Source: Myxococcales bacterium (GTDB lineage Bacteria; Myxococcota_A; Polyangia; Fen-1088). From it: a stretch of 34,071 nt of DNA. The stretch lies in assembly GCA_034666225.1 (NCBI GenBank), contig JAXDMH010000443.1, positions 1 through 34,071 on the forward strand, given 5' to 3'. Of this stretch, positions 23,168 through 32,202 are shown in pieces. Positions within the stretch are counted from its first letter, which is position 1; each line of letters opens with the position of its first letter. The notes beneath the pieces are model-generated. The model made no database searches and was not told the DNA's origin. It was given only the letters and a program-made list of their open reading frames with translations. Both the position numbers and the translations under genes were made by a program.

Positions 23168-25813
23168 TTGCAGGCCGCCGCTCCTACGGCGCTGATGCGC
23201 CAGTACCTGGACGTCAAGGCCCGGTATCCGGACGCGATCGTCTTTTTCCGTCTGGGTGACTTCTACGAGATGTTCTACGAGGACGCGGTCTATGTGGCCC
23301 GCGCCCTGGACCTGACCCTCACCTCGCGCGACAAGGGGAAGGAGGATCCGGTCCCCATGTGCGGGATCCCGCACCACGCGGCCCGCGGGTATCTGGCCAA
23401 GCTGATGGAGCTGGGCCACCGCGTGGCGCTGTGCGAGCAGCTGGAGGATCCCAAGCTGGCGCGTGGGATCGTCCGGCGCGACGTGGTTCGCGTGGTCACC
23501 CCGGGCGTCATCCTCGACGAGGAGGCGCTGGATCCGCGGGCGCCGCAGTTCGTGGCCGCCGTGCTGGGCGAGCCGCGCCAGGGTTACGGCCTGGCCTTCC
23601 TGGACGTCACCACTGGCGATTTTCGCGCCACCGAGGCCTCGACGCTGGAGGCGCTGCTGGACGAGCTGGCGCGCGCCGAGCCGCGCGAGCTGGTGGTGGG
23701 GCGCGGCGCCGGTGATCTGGCGGCGGCCTTGCGCCGCGGATACCCGCGCGTGCCGCAGACGAACGTCGCCGACGACGACATCGCTGGCGCCAGCGCGGTC
23801 AATCCCGGGGCCGAGCTGGCCCAGCGCGCCCCGCAGGCGGTGGCCGCCGCGGCGCGGGTCCTCCGCTATGCGCGCAGCACGCAGCCGGGGATCACGCTGG
23901 CCCTGGGCCGCCTGGATTTTTTTCGGCGCACCGACACGCTGATCCTGGACGAGCAGGCCCGCGCCCACCTGGAGCTGACCGAGACCATCCTGGAGCGCAA
24001 GCGCAGCGGATCGCTGCTGGAGGTCCTGGATGAAACGCGGTCGGCGATGGGCGGGCGCCTCCTGCGCCGCTGGTTGCTGTTTCCGCTGGTGGACGTGGCC
24101 GCCATCCGCCGCCGCCAGGACGGCGTCGAGCGCCTGGTCCTGGCCCACGCCGCCCGCGACGCCGCCCGGCAGGTGCTGTCGGACATGGCCGATCTGGAAC
24201 GGCTGGTGGGGCGGGCCCGCCTGGGCGTGGCGTCGCCGCGCGATCTGGTGGCGCTGGGACGCTCGCTGGCGTTGCTGCCGGCGCTGGGCGAGACCTTGCG
24301 CGCCGCCGCGCGCGCCGAGTTTCCAGTGGCCACCGGCGCCGGCCCCGACGACGATCTGCTATCGCTGGGCGACGATCTGGCGCCCGATCTGGCCGCCAGC
24401 CTGGCCGTCACCTTGCGCCCGGACGCGCCGGCGTTGACCAAGGATGGCGGCTATATCGCGGCCGGCATCTCGGCCGAGCTGGACGAGCTGTCCGCCATCG
24501 CCAGCGGCGGGCGCGAGACGGTGACCCGCATCGAAGCGCGCGAGCGTGAGCGGACCGGCATCTCCAATCTGAAGATCCGGCACAACAGCGTCTTCGGTTA
24601 CTACATCGAGATCTCGCGCTCGCAGTTGCCCCACGTTCCGGCCGATTACGTGCGCAAACAGACGGTGGCCAACGCTGAACGTTTCGTCACGCCCGAGCTG
24701 GGCGAGTACGAACAGAAGATCCTGTCCGCCGACGAACGCCGCATCACCATCGAGCTGGAGATCTTCACGCGCCTGCGCGACGGCATCGCCGCCGCCGCCG
24801 ATCGTCTGCTGACCCTGGCGGCGCGCGTGGCCGCCGTCGACGCGCTGGCCTGCCTGGCCGAGGTCGCCCACCGCGGCGGTTACTGCCGGCCACTGGTCGA
24901 CGATAGCGGGATCATCGACATCGCCGACGGGCGGCACCCGGTGGTGGAGCGGCTGGCGGCGGCGGGCGCCTTCGTCCCCAACGACGTCCGGCTGGACCCC
25001 GACAACGAACAGATCTTGATCGTCACCGGGCCCAACATGGCCGGCAAATCGACGCTCATTCGACAGGTAGCGCTGACGGTGATCCTTTCCCAGATGGGCA
25101 GCTTCGTCCCGGCGCGCGCCGCCCGCATTGGCATCTGCGATCGCGTCTTCACCCGCGTGGGCGCCGGCGACAACCTGGCCCGCGGCGAATCGACGTTCCT
25201 GGTCGAGATGCGCGAGACCGCCCACATCCTGCGTTACGCCACCGCACGCAGCCTGATCATCCTCGACGAGATCGGGCGCGGCACGTCGACCTATGACGGC
25301 GTGTCGATCGCCTGGGCGGTGGCCGAGCACCTGCACGATCGCGTGCGCGCCAAGACGCTTTTCGCCACCCACTATCACGAGCTGTGCGCGCTAGGCGACC
25401 TGCACCCGCGCGTGCGCAACGTCAGCGTGGCGGCGCGCGAGTGGAAAGGCGAGGTGGTCTTTCTGCGCAAGCTGAGCCCCGGCGGGGCCAGCCGCTCCTT
25501 CGGCATCCAGGTGGCCAAGCTGGCCGGCCTGCCGGCTGTGGTCGTCGACCGGGCACGGGCCATCTTGCAGACGCTGGAGGGCGACGGCGGCACCGCGGCG
25601 GCCGGGTTGCCTCGGTCGGCGGCGCCCGGTGGCAATGAATCGCCGCAGCTGGGCCTCTTCGGCGGCGCGCCGGCGGACAGTCCCGCACCTGTCGACGAGA
25701 CGGCGGCCGAGGTGCTGGCGGCGCTGCGTGCACTGGATCCCGACGATCTGACGCCGCGCGCAGCGCTGGATCTGGTGGCTGCCTGGCGAAAGAAGTTGAC
25801 GACGCCTTCCTAG
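23168..25813 (+). CDS. mutS: DNA mismatch repair protein MutS
   Basis: 881-aa ORF. Motifs include TALMRQYLDVKARYPDAIVFFRLGDFYEMF, the Walker A motif GPNMAGKSTLIRQ, DEIGRGTSTYDG and FATHYHEL. The start is TTG 23168 or the ATG 9 codons downstream. Confidence 0.97.
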   Translation: MQAAAPTALMRQYLDVKARYPDAIVFFRLGDFYEMFYEDAVYVARALDLTLTSRDKGKEDPVPMCGIPHHAARGYLAKLMELGHRVALCEQLEDPKLARGIVRRDVVRVVTPGVILDEEALDPRAPQFVAAVLGEPRQGYGLAFLDVTTGDFRATEASTLEALLDELARAEPRELVVGRGAGDLAAALRRGYPRVPQTNVADDDIAGASAVNPGAELAQRAPQAVAAAARVLRYARSTQPGITLALGRLDFFRRTDTLILDEQARAHLELTETILERKRSGSLLEVLDETRSAMGGRLLRRWLLFPLVDVAAIRRRQDGVERLVLAHAARDAARQVLSDMADLERLVGRARLGVASPRDLVALGRSLALLPALGETLRAAARAEFPVATGAGPDDDLLSLGDDLAPDLAASLAVTLRPDAPALTKDGGYIAAGISAELDELSAIASGGRETVTRIEARERERTGISNLKIRHNSVFGYYIEISRSQLPHVPADYVRKQTVANAERFVTPELGEYEQKILSADERRITIELEIFTRLRDGIAAAADRLLTLAARVAAVDALACLAEVAHRGGYCRPLVDDSGIIDIADGRHPVVERLAAAGAFVPNDVRLDPDNEQILIVTGPNMAGKSTLIRQVALTVILSQMGSFVPARAARIGICDRVFTRVGAGDNLARGESTFLVEMRETAHILRYATARSLIILDEIGRGTSTYDGVSIAWAVAEHLHDRVRAKTLFATHYHELCALGDLHPRVRNVSVAAREWKGEVVFLRKLSPGGASRSFGIQVAKLAGLPAVVVDRARAILQTLEGDGGTAAAGLPRSAAPGGNESPQLGLFGGAPADSPAPVDETAAEVLAALRALDPDDLTPRAALDLVAAWRKKLTTPS

Positions 25814-25842
25814 CCGCGAACATAATTTCAGACGGGAGTGCC

Positions 25843-26673
25843 GTGTCTGTGGCTGGTTTGACTCGCCCCCTATTCTCGCTGATTGCCTTGCTCGCCCTGG
25901 TGACGCCGACGCGTGCGTTGGCGCGCGCGACGCTGGGCGCTGGCGGGCGTCCCGCGGTTGCGCCCGCGGCAGGCGGCAACGCCAAGGGTGCCCGCGCCGC
26001 GAGGTTGCCGCGCCCGCGCACCACCGTGGTCGAGCTTTTCAACGTCAACCGCCACGAGAGCATGCAGCTGCGCCTGCGCGACGACCGCGGCCGCTCGGTG
26101 CGCGGTCCGCAAAAACGGTTCGACCATTTTCTACGCTGTCACTACACCAACACCCAGCACAGCATGAACCCGCGCCTGATGACCTTGCTGTACAGCACCG
26201 GCCGTCACTGGCCGGGGCATCGCCTGGAGGTGGTCTCGGGCTATCGCCATCCCACCGTGGCCAAGAACCCGCGCAGCCCGCACATGAAAGGGCTGGCCTG
26301 CGATTTTCGCGTGGTCGGCGTGTCCAACACGCAGCTGCGCGATTACCTGCGGGCCGCGTATCAAAAGGTCGGCGTCGGTTACTACCCGAACTCTTCCTTC
26401 GTCCACCTCGACGTCCGCAAGGATCGCTCCGCCTTCTGGATCGACTATTCCGGCCCCGGCGAACGGGCCATCTACTCGGAGAACCCCAACCAGGATCTCA
26501 AGACCGGGCGCGCCGACAGCTACCACCCGACGAAGATCGATGAAGCCTGGTTGAACGAGATGCCTCCAGACGACGGCAAGGAACCACCGCCGCCCAACAC
26601 CTCGTCGACCCCGGACGATTCCACGCACAATGACCCGGCGGTGATCGACCCGCGCAGCAACAGCCAGGAGTAG
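25843..26673 (+). CDS. DUF882 / peptidase M15A-family (YcbK/MepK-like) exported protein
   Basis: Signal-like N-terminus LTRPLFSLIALLALVTPTRALA. Metal-ligand pattern SGYRHP...SPHMKGLACDF...FVHLDVR. GTG start. Confidence 0.75.
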   Translation: MSVAGLTRPLFSLIALLALVTPTRALARATLGAGGRPAVAPAAGGNAKGARAARLPRPRTTVVELFNVNRHESMQLRLRDDRGRSVRGPQKRFDHFLRCHYTNTQHSMNPRLMTLLYSTGRHWPGHRLEVVSGYRHPTVAKNPRSPHMKGLACDFRVVGVSNTQLRDYLRAAYQKVGVGYYPNSSFVHLDVRKDRSAFWIDYSGPGERAIYSENPNQDLKTGRADSYHPTKIDEAWLNEMPPDDGKEPPPPNTSSTPDDSTHNDPAVIDPRSNSQE

Positions 26674-26801
26674 ATCCCGCCGGCAAAAAAGAATACGCGC
26701 CTGGCCCCCTGCGTCCGAGGGGGAGGGCCCGTGAATCAAAGCGTTTTGTGCTAGTGTCACCGTTTCCGACGGATCGCCAAGGACGCCAACAGGAGGATTT
26801 G

Positions 26802-27917
26802 ATGCGGACACTGGGAGCTGTTTTTCTTGCGCTGGGACTGGCCGCGGGCGTGACCGCGTCCGCTGGGTCCGCCTGGGCGGCCAAGCCCACCAAGTCGGGC
26901 GGCACCGCTCCCCCCGCCAGCGCTGAAGAAGTGAACAAGCTCAAGGCGGTTCGCCTCGGCGATCCCAAGGCCGGCACCTTCAAGTGGGGCGATTCCCCCG
27001 ACCAGGTCATCGGCCAGGTCCGGACCGCGATCGAAAAGAAGTATCAGCCGCGCATCGCCGATGCGTCCGCCGATCCCGGGATGCAGCAGCGCATTCGCGT
27101 CGAGATGAACAAGGAGATGGATTCCGTCGCCAAGAGCCTGACCAAGTTCGAAGGGCAGAAGAGCGGATGGGACGTGTCGATCATCGGCCCCGAGTTCCAG
27201 CAGAATACCGGCGAGGCCGTGGTGGTGGCCAAGGAAGACATCTGGACCCGTTATTTCTTCTTCTTCGAAAACGGCCTTTACAAGATGTTCCTGGCGTTCA
27301 ACAAGGACGCCATCGAGGGCAAGACCTTCGCCGACTTTGGCAAGGACATGCAGAGCAAGTTCGGCAAATCGCGCGAGGTCTTCCGCGACGAGAAGATGAA
27401 GAACGGCGTGCGTCGCCTGCTGGATCATTACGAGTGGAACGCCGGCGCCGACAGGCTGAAGCTGGTCGACCGCTCGGAGTTCTACGGCGTCTACTGCCTG
27501 GTGTTGAATGACGCCAAGGTGAACGACCGCGTGATCGCCAAGCGAAAGATCGTCAACCCGCAGCGCTCGAATCACGATGCCCTGGTCGAGGCAGCCACGC
27601 AAAAAGAGATCAACGATCGCGACGCCAACGACAACATCATCGACCGCATCACCGGCAAGGACGTGAAGAAGCCTGGCGAAGAGCGCCACGGCGACATCGT
27701 GGTGCCTTCGCCCTCCACGACGACGACGCCGACGCCGACGGCGACGTCGACGCCGGCGCCCAAAGAGACGGCCGCCGCTCCGGTGACCGAGCCCGCCCGG
27801 ACGGAGCCGCCGCCCGCGGAACCGCCGGCGCGCAAGGAGCCGGCGGCGTCGAAGACGTCGAAAGCGTCGAAGAATTCCAAAGGGAAAAAGAACCCGCTGG
27901 AAGGTCTGGACCTCTAA
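26802..27917 (+). CDS. Hypothetical secreted protein with a Thr/Pro/Lys-rich C-terminal tail
   Basis: ATG 26802 is preceded by AGGAGGA. The signal is MRTLGAVFLALGLAAGVTASAGSAWA. The tail reads TTTPTPTATSTPAPKETAAAPVTEPARTEPPPAEPPARKEPAASKTSKASKNSKGKK. No recognisable domain. Confidence 0.6.
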   Translation: MRTLGAVFLALGLAAGVTASAGSAWAAKPTKSGGTAPPASAEEVNKLKAVRLGDPKAGTFKWGDSPDQVIGQVRTAIEKKYQPRIADASADPGMQQRIRVEMNKEMDSVAKSLTKFEGQKSGWDVSIIGPEFQQNTGEAVVVAKEDIWTRYFFFFENGLYKMFLAFNKDAIEGKTFADFGKDMQSKFGKSREVFRDEKMKNGVRRLLDHYEWNAGADRLKLVDRSEFYGVYCLVLNDAKVNDRVIAKRKIVNPQRSNHDALVEAATQKEINDRDANDNIIDRITGKDVKKPGEERHGDIVVPSPSTTTTPTPTATSTPAPKETAAAPVTEPARTEPPPAEPPARKEPAASKTSKASKNSKGKKNPLEGLDL

Positions 27918-28065
27918 GGCGTCTGCGTCCGATCGCCCGATGATGGCCTGATAATGGAATGACAGCGCGCGGGTAGACGCGCCGCACGCAAAACCTCGGC
28001 GCGCCCCGGTCGTATCACCAGCACCCCATGTGGTGCAGCTGCAACTTCCGGTGCCGGTGAAAGCG

Positions 28066-28851
28066 ATGGCTGCGCGGCGAGGCCCGGTCGGGGCGCTAGC
28101 GACGCTGCTGCTGATCGTCGCGGCGGCGCTGGGTTGTCGCGCCCCCGAGCACTTTGATCCGCGGCGGATCCCGATCGGCAGCGGCCTGCCCGATCGGGAC
28201 GCCGCGGAGACTTCCGGCACGGGCGGCGCCACGGGTGGCGCCACGGGCGGTGGCAGCGGCGGTGAGGACGGGACGGGCGGAACGGGGCCGGGGATCGGCG
28301 GTTCGGGCGGTGGGGCGCCGGCTGATGCCGACGATGGTGGTGCTTCGATCGACCTGAGCGAGTCGCCTGACGGCCCGTCCGGCCAACCTGACAGCGACGC
28401 CCACGCCGAGGTGGGCGGCGATGCTCTGGTCGATCATTGCGACCGCGCCCAGTGGACCGCGACCGCGTCCGTCTGGAGGGACCCTGTTCGCTCGCTCGCG
28501 GGCGCCATCGACGGCGACCTGACCACGCGCTGGGGGACGGGGCGAAACCAGGACGGCACCGACTGGTACCAGGTCGATTTTGGCGGGCCCATCAAGCTGT
28601 CCGGCATCACGCTCAACAACCAGCGTGCCTTTCCAGGCGACTACCCTGGCGCTTACGCCGTCTACGGTTCCAGCGATGGCACCACATTCAAAGGCCCCTT
28701 CGTCACCGGCGACGGAACGGTCAACATGACCGTGATTCAGTTCCCCGAGCGGACAGTGCGGGCCATCCAGATCAAACAGACGGGCACCACGCGGAGCGCC
28801 TTCTGGTGGCAGATCGCCGAATTTCAGATCGACTGTTCGGACGCTCGCTGA
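28066..28851 (+). CDS. Lipoprotein with a C-terminal F5/8 type C (discoidin / CBM32-like) domain
   Basis: ATG 28066 (the track ORF starts at GTG 28030). Lipobox LLIVAAALGCRAP, followed by a Gly-rich linker. The discoidin-like region reads AIDGDLTTRWGTGRNQDGTDWYQVDFGGPIKLSGITLNN...AYAVYGSSDGTTF...RAIQIKQTG...WWQIAEFQIDC. Confidence 0.75.
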   Translation: MAARRGPVGALATLLLIVAAALGCRAPEHFDPRRIPIGSGLPDRDAAETSGTGGATGGATGGGSGGEDGTGGTGPGIGGSGGGAPADADDGGASIDLSESPDGPSGQPDSDAHAEVGGDALVDHCDRAQWTATASVWRDPVRSLAGAIDGDLTTRWGTGRNQDGTDWYQVDFGGPIKLSGITLNNQRAFPGDYPGAYAVYGSSDGTTFKGPFVTGDGTVNMTVIQFPERTVRAIQIKQTGTTRSAFWWQIAEFQIDCSDAR

Positions 28852-28859
28852 CGCTCGCT

Positions 28860-28889
28860 CGCGAAAGGGGCCTACTGGCCCCTCTCGCG
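28860..28889 (+). terminator. GC-rich hairpin 9 nt after the discoidin-protein stop; candidate terminator without a U-tract
   Basis: CGCGA-A-AGGGGCC-TACT-GGCCCCT-C-TCGCG. That is 12 bp of stem around one A/C mismatch. Confidence 0.3.
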
Positions 28890-29053
28890 GGCTCTCCCCG
28901 GCGCCTCTCGCAAGGTGAGCCGGCCGGGCAGAGCCCGGCCTCCTGGACTGAAATATCAGCGCCTCGATAGGAAGACGAACGAAGCGCGGCTTTGCCGCGC
29001 GCATCAGCAGTCAGTCGACGGAGTGATCGCGGCGCGGTCGGCGAATCTCCGGT

Positions 29054-29080
29054 CCCTTCTCCCCGCTTGCGGGGAGAAGG
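29054..29080 (-). terminator. Perfect hairpin abutting the protease stop codon; REP-like element or candidate terminator
   Basis: CCTTCTCCCC-GCTTGC-GGGGAGAAGG, followed by TTAGGTTGAGGGG. The TTA at 29081-29083 is the protease stop codon on the minus strand. Confidence 0.35.
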
Positions 29081-30355
29081 TTAGGTTGAGGGGCGCCGCG
29101 TGCGCCGACGGCGCAGCGTCGCGGCGGCCGCCAGCAGGCCCACCATCGACGGCAAACTCAGCAGGCCGGCGGATGGTCGGCTGGCGTCGCAGGCGCACCC
29201 GCCGTCGAGGGACGAGCCGGCCAGTCCGGGCGGCGGCGTGGCTCCGGCGTCATGCGAGCCACCAGGCAAGGCAGCGTCCGCACCCGTTCCGTTGGCGCCG
29301 CCCGTTCCGTTGGCGCCGCCCGGGCCACCGCTGCCGTGGACGTCGTCGCTCACGTCGGGACCGCGCACGTCCACCGCCGCCGGGGCGCCGTCGTTCGGTC
29401 GTCCGTCGCTGCTGCGATCGTTCGTTGCGTCGCCGCCGGACGCATCAACGACGACGACACCGCCGTCGCCGCCGCCGCAGGTCGGTGCCAGCACCATCGT
29501 CTGGCCGGCACACAGGGTGTCCCAGGTGCCGACGCCCGCGCCCGGGTTGATCGGAACGCCTTTGCAGTCGGGACCCGGGTTCCAGCCGGTGGCGTCGTGA
29601 CAGGGCGTGAGGTCGATGCCCGATTGCTGCTCGGCCCAGGCCACGTGGAATGGCACGGACGTGTACGTCGAGACCCGCGGGTTGTTCGTTCCGTTGACGT
29701 CGGGCGACGTCAGATCATTTCCGATCAGCCTCCAGGAGGTGTCAGGCATCTTGAGAAAAACCGGTCCCCCCGAGTCTCCGAAATATTCGCCGTCCTGCGT
29801 ACCGCTGGTCACGTCGACCGTCGTTCGCGTCGCGGAGGCCCGCACCACGGTGCCCTCGATCGATTTCTTCGTTCCAAAACCGGTTTGCTGTCCGTTCTGA
29901 ACGCCGAACCCGGCCTCGGCGATGGGCGCTCCCATTTTCATCTCGGACATCTCGCAGGGAGCCATCACCGGCACCAGCGGCATGCCCACGACGTCTTCGG
30001 GCAGCGTGCAGAACGCGAAGTCGGTCTGCGGATGCTTGTAGCATTTGGCGGCGCGAACGGTCTTCGAGACCTTGCCCCGCGCCTCGCCGAACGAGATCGA
30101 CGGCAGCGTGCTGCCGCTCAGGCAGTGCTTCGCTGTCATCACCACGCGCGGATGCACCAGGGTCCCCGAGCAGCCCGACCCGACCAGGACCGTGGTCGGC
30201 CACCCGCAGGTGGGCGCCGCTGCGCCGCCGATGATCGGTGACGACGTCTGCCCCGGTTCCTCGTCGGGCATGGGCGCCGCGCAAGCCGCCGTTGCGGCCG
30301 CCAGCAAGACCGGTAGCCGCAGGACCTGACGCGCAGTCACCGTTCGCTTCGTCAT
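29081..30355 (-). CDS. Secreted trypsin-like (S1 family) serine protease with a MYXO-CTERM-type C-terminal sorting tail
   Basis: The internal ATG at 30355 gives MTKRTVTARQVLRLPVLLAAATAACA, a signal and possible lipobox. Catalytic-triad context: IIGG...VMTAKHC (His), DFAFCTL (Asp), GDSGGP (Ser). The Gly-rich linker contains GGANGTGGANGT. The tail reads GGCACDASRPSAGLLSLPSMVGLLAAAATLRRRRTRR. The upstream 299 codons of the track ORF are antisense to the next gene. Confidence 0.85.
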   Translation of the reverse strand: MTKRTVTARQVLRLPVLLAAATAACAAPMPDEEPGQTSSPIIGGAAAPTCGWPTTVLVGSGCSGTLVHPRVVMTAKHCLSGSTLPSISFGEARGKVSKTVRAAKCYKHPQTDFAFCTLPEDVVGMPLVPVMAPCEMSEMKMGAPIAEAGFGVQNGQQTGFGTKKSIEGTVVRASATRTTVDVTSGTQDGEYFGDSGGPVFLKMPDTSWRLIGNDLTSPDVNGTNNPRVSTYTSVPFHVAWAEQQSGIDLTPCHDATGWNPGPDCKGVPINPGAGVGTWDTLCAGQTMVLAPTCGGGDGGVVVVDASGGDATNDRSSDGRPNDGAPAAVDVRGPDVSDDVHGSGGPGGANGTGGANGTGADAALPGGSHDAGATPPPGLAGSSLDGGCACDASRPSAGLLSLPSMVGLLAAAATLRRRRTRRPST

Positions 30356-30655
30356 CGGCTGGACAGCAGCAAACATCATTCCACCCTGCAGGGCCATCCG
30401 GTTCGGCCTTTGCGGCGCTTCCCGGCGCATTTGGCGCGTCCGCCGATCGCACCTGCGTGACCGAGTGTATCGCACCCCGGCCGTAGCGACAGCGCGCTTT
30501 GAAGACCGCACCGTGCTGACCGGTCGGGCCATTGAAACATTTTCGTCGCGGGTGGGCTCAAGAGGGTTAGCGGCCGGCCGCACGCCCGACGGGCCGCCAT
30601 CGGTGAGTGCCGCAGGGATGGGAACGCCGCGTCGCTCGAGGAGGAGGAAGCGTAT

Positions 30656-31648
30656 ATGTCGCCCAGTCTCGGTGCTTTTCGCTGCGTCTCGTGGTTTGGC
30701 GTCTCGGCTGCGTTGCTGGTCAGCACGCTGGCTGGCGCGCGGGAGCATCGCCGCGCTGGCGCTGCCTCGTTGGCGCGCGACGACGCGAATGACGATCGGC
30801 AGGCCTGCCAGCTGGCTTTTGCCGACGCGCGCCAGCAGGCGGGCCGCGGTCATCTGCAGAAGGCCAACCGGCTTTTTTCCCAGTGCGCCGATCCGGTGTG
30901 CGGCAGGGCGCTGGCGAATGAATGCGCGGCCAGGCGGGCCCAACTGGAGCCGGACATTCCTTCTGTCGTCCCGGTCCTGACTGATCGCGAGGGCCGTCCG
31001 GTCGTCGAGGCGGCGGTCAGCATCGATGGCCAGCCGCTGGCCGCGCAGCTGGATGGTCGCGCCGTCTTCGTCGATCCCGGGCTGCACGAGTTCACGTTCA
31101 CCGCCGATGGCCAGGTGGTGGTGACCGAGGCGTTGATCGCGCAGGGTCAGCGCAACTATCTGGTGACGGCCTCGCTGCAAGAGCCGCCCGCCGATTCCCA
31201 GTCGGAGCCAAAACGTCGCGTCATCGCTGCCGCCACCGACGACGACGAGCAAGACGCACCCTTGCCGCCGACCGCTCGAAAGCGGTCCTCCCGGACCTCG
31301 CCCTCTTCGCCGTCAATATCGTCATCGTCATCATCCAACGCCGCCCTCTACCTGCTGGGTGGTCTGGGCGCCGCTGGCCTGGGCGGCTACGGCGCCCTGG
31401 TGACCTGGGCGCGCAACGACAACCGCCTCCTTCTCGACTGTTCTCCCAACTGCTCGCCGGCCAGCGTCGCGCACATTCGCAAGCTGTACCTGGCCGCCGA
31501 CATTTCTCTGGGCGTCGGCCTGGCGTCGCTGGCGGCCACCACCTGGATCTACATCGCCACGCGCCCCACCCGAAAAGAGTCGGCCTACTCGTTCGATTTT
31601 CGCCTGACACCCTCGGGTGCCATGGCCGCCTGGGGAGGGAGATTTTGA
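30656..31648 (+). CDS. Hypothetical exported/membrane protein: Cys-rich N-terminal region, beta-rich middle, Ser-rich linker and C-terminal TM helices
   Basis: ATG 30656 is preceded by GGAGGAGGAAG. The signal is FRCVSWFGVSAALLVSTLAGA. The Cys-rich stretch is CQLAF...SQCADPVCGRALANEC. C-terminal hydrophobic segments are AALYLLGGLGAAGLGGYGALV and ISLGVGLASLAATTWIYI. Confidence 0.6.
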   Translation: MSPSLGAFRCVSWFGVSAALLVSTLAGAREHRRAGAASLARDDANDDRQACQLAFADARQQAGRGHLQKANRLFSQCADPVCGRALANECAARRAQLEPDIPSVVPVLTDREGRPVVEAAVSIDGQPLAAQLDGRAVFVDPGLHEFTFTADGQVVVTEALIAQGQRNYLVTASLQEPPADSQSEPKRRVIAAATDDDEQDAPLPPTARKRSSRTSPSSPSISSSSSSNAALYLLGGLGAAGLGGYGALVTWARNDNRLLLDCSPNCSPASVAHIRKLYLAADISLGVGLASLAATTWIYIATRPTRKESAYSFDFRLTPSGAMAAWGGRF

Positions 31649-32202
31649 GGGTGTCGATCGGACCGTGGGGGCTCATGGTTTGTCTGGCGGCCTCCGTCGC
31701 TGCCGGTTGCTACCAGCCGGTGGACGACGGCGCCATCAAAGGCGGCGTCGGCTCGGCGCCGCTGGGCTCGGCCGGCTCCGGCGGTCACAGCGTCGCCCTG
31801 GAGACCCCGCCCATCGAAATCGACGAGCAGGGGAACACCACTTCCGACGCGTGCGTGCCGACCCGGACCCAGTCCGCCGACATCCTGTCGACCTATTGCG
31901 CGCACTGCCACGGCGGCGGCGACGCGGGCGCGCACCAGGGACAGCCTCCCTTCGACTTTGTGCTGGATACGCCCCGGTTGAAAACGGCCGTCTCGGCGAC
32001 CGTGAAGGATCCCGTCACCATGGCGCCGGTGCGGTTTTTCCTGCCCGGCGCGCCGCTGCGCTCGCGCCTGTACGTGCGCGTCGCCAGCGGCGAGATGCCG
32101 CCGCCCGACATCGTGGGGCTGCCATCGCATCCCCGACCGACCATCAGCGATCTGTCGGTCTTGTATGAATGGATCGAACACTGCGCGAGCTCGTCGCCAT
32201 GA
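31645..32202 (+). CDS. Lipoprotein with a planctomycete-type cytochrome c (PSCyt1-like) domain
   Basis: TTG 31645 overlaps the previous stop (TTGA). GTG 31651 is also possible, and GGGGAGGGA lies just upstream. Lipobox LAASVAAGC. The domain reads CAHCHGG...FLPGAPLRSRLYVRVASGEMPPP...ISDLSVLYEWIEHC. This follows the CxxCH...PG.P..S.L...MPP...L..WI pattern, recognised from memory. Confidence 0.6.
   Translation: MRVSIGPWGLMVCLAASVAAGCYQPVDDGAIKGGVGSAPLGSAGSGGHSVALETPPIEIDEQGNTTSDACVPTRTQSADILSTYCAHCHGGGDAGAHQGQPPFDFVLDTPRLKTAVSATVKDPVTMAPVRFFLPGAPLRSRLYVRVASGEMPPPDIVGLPSHPRPTISDLSVLYEWIEHCASSSP

Noticed and set aside
28841-28860. 10-bp tandem duplication ACGCTCGCT(G/C) spanning the stop codon of the discoidin-domain gene
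   Set aside because: It is too short and imperfect to distinguish from chance or slippage, and it has no obvious functional implication.
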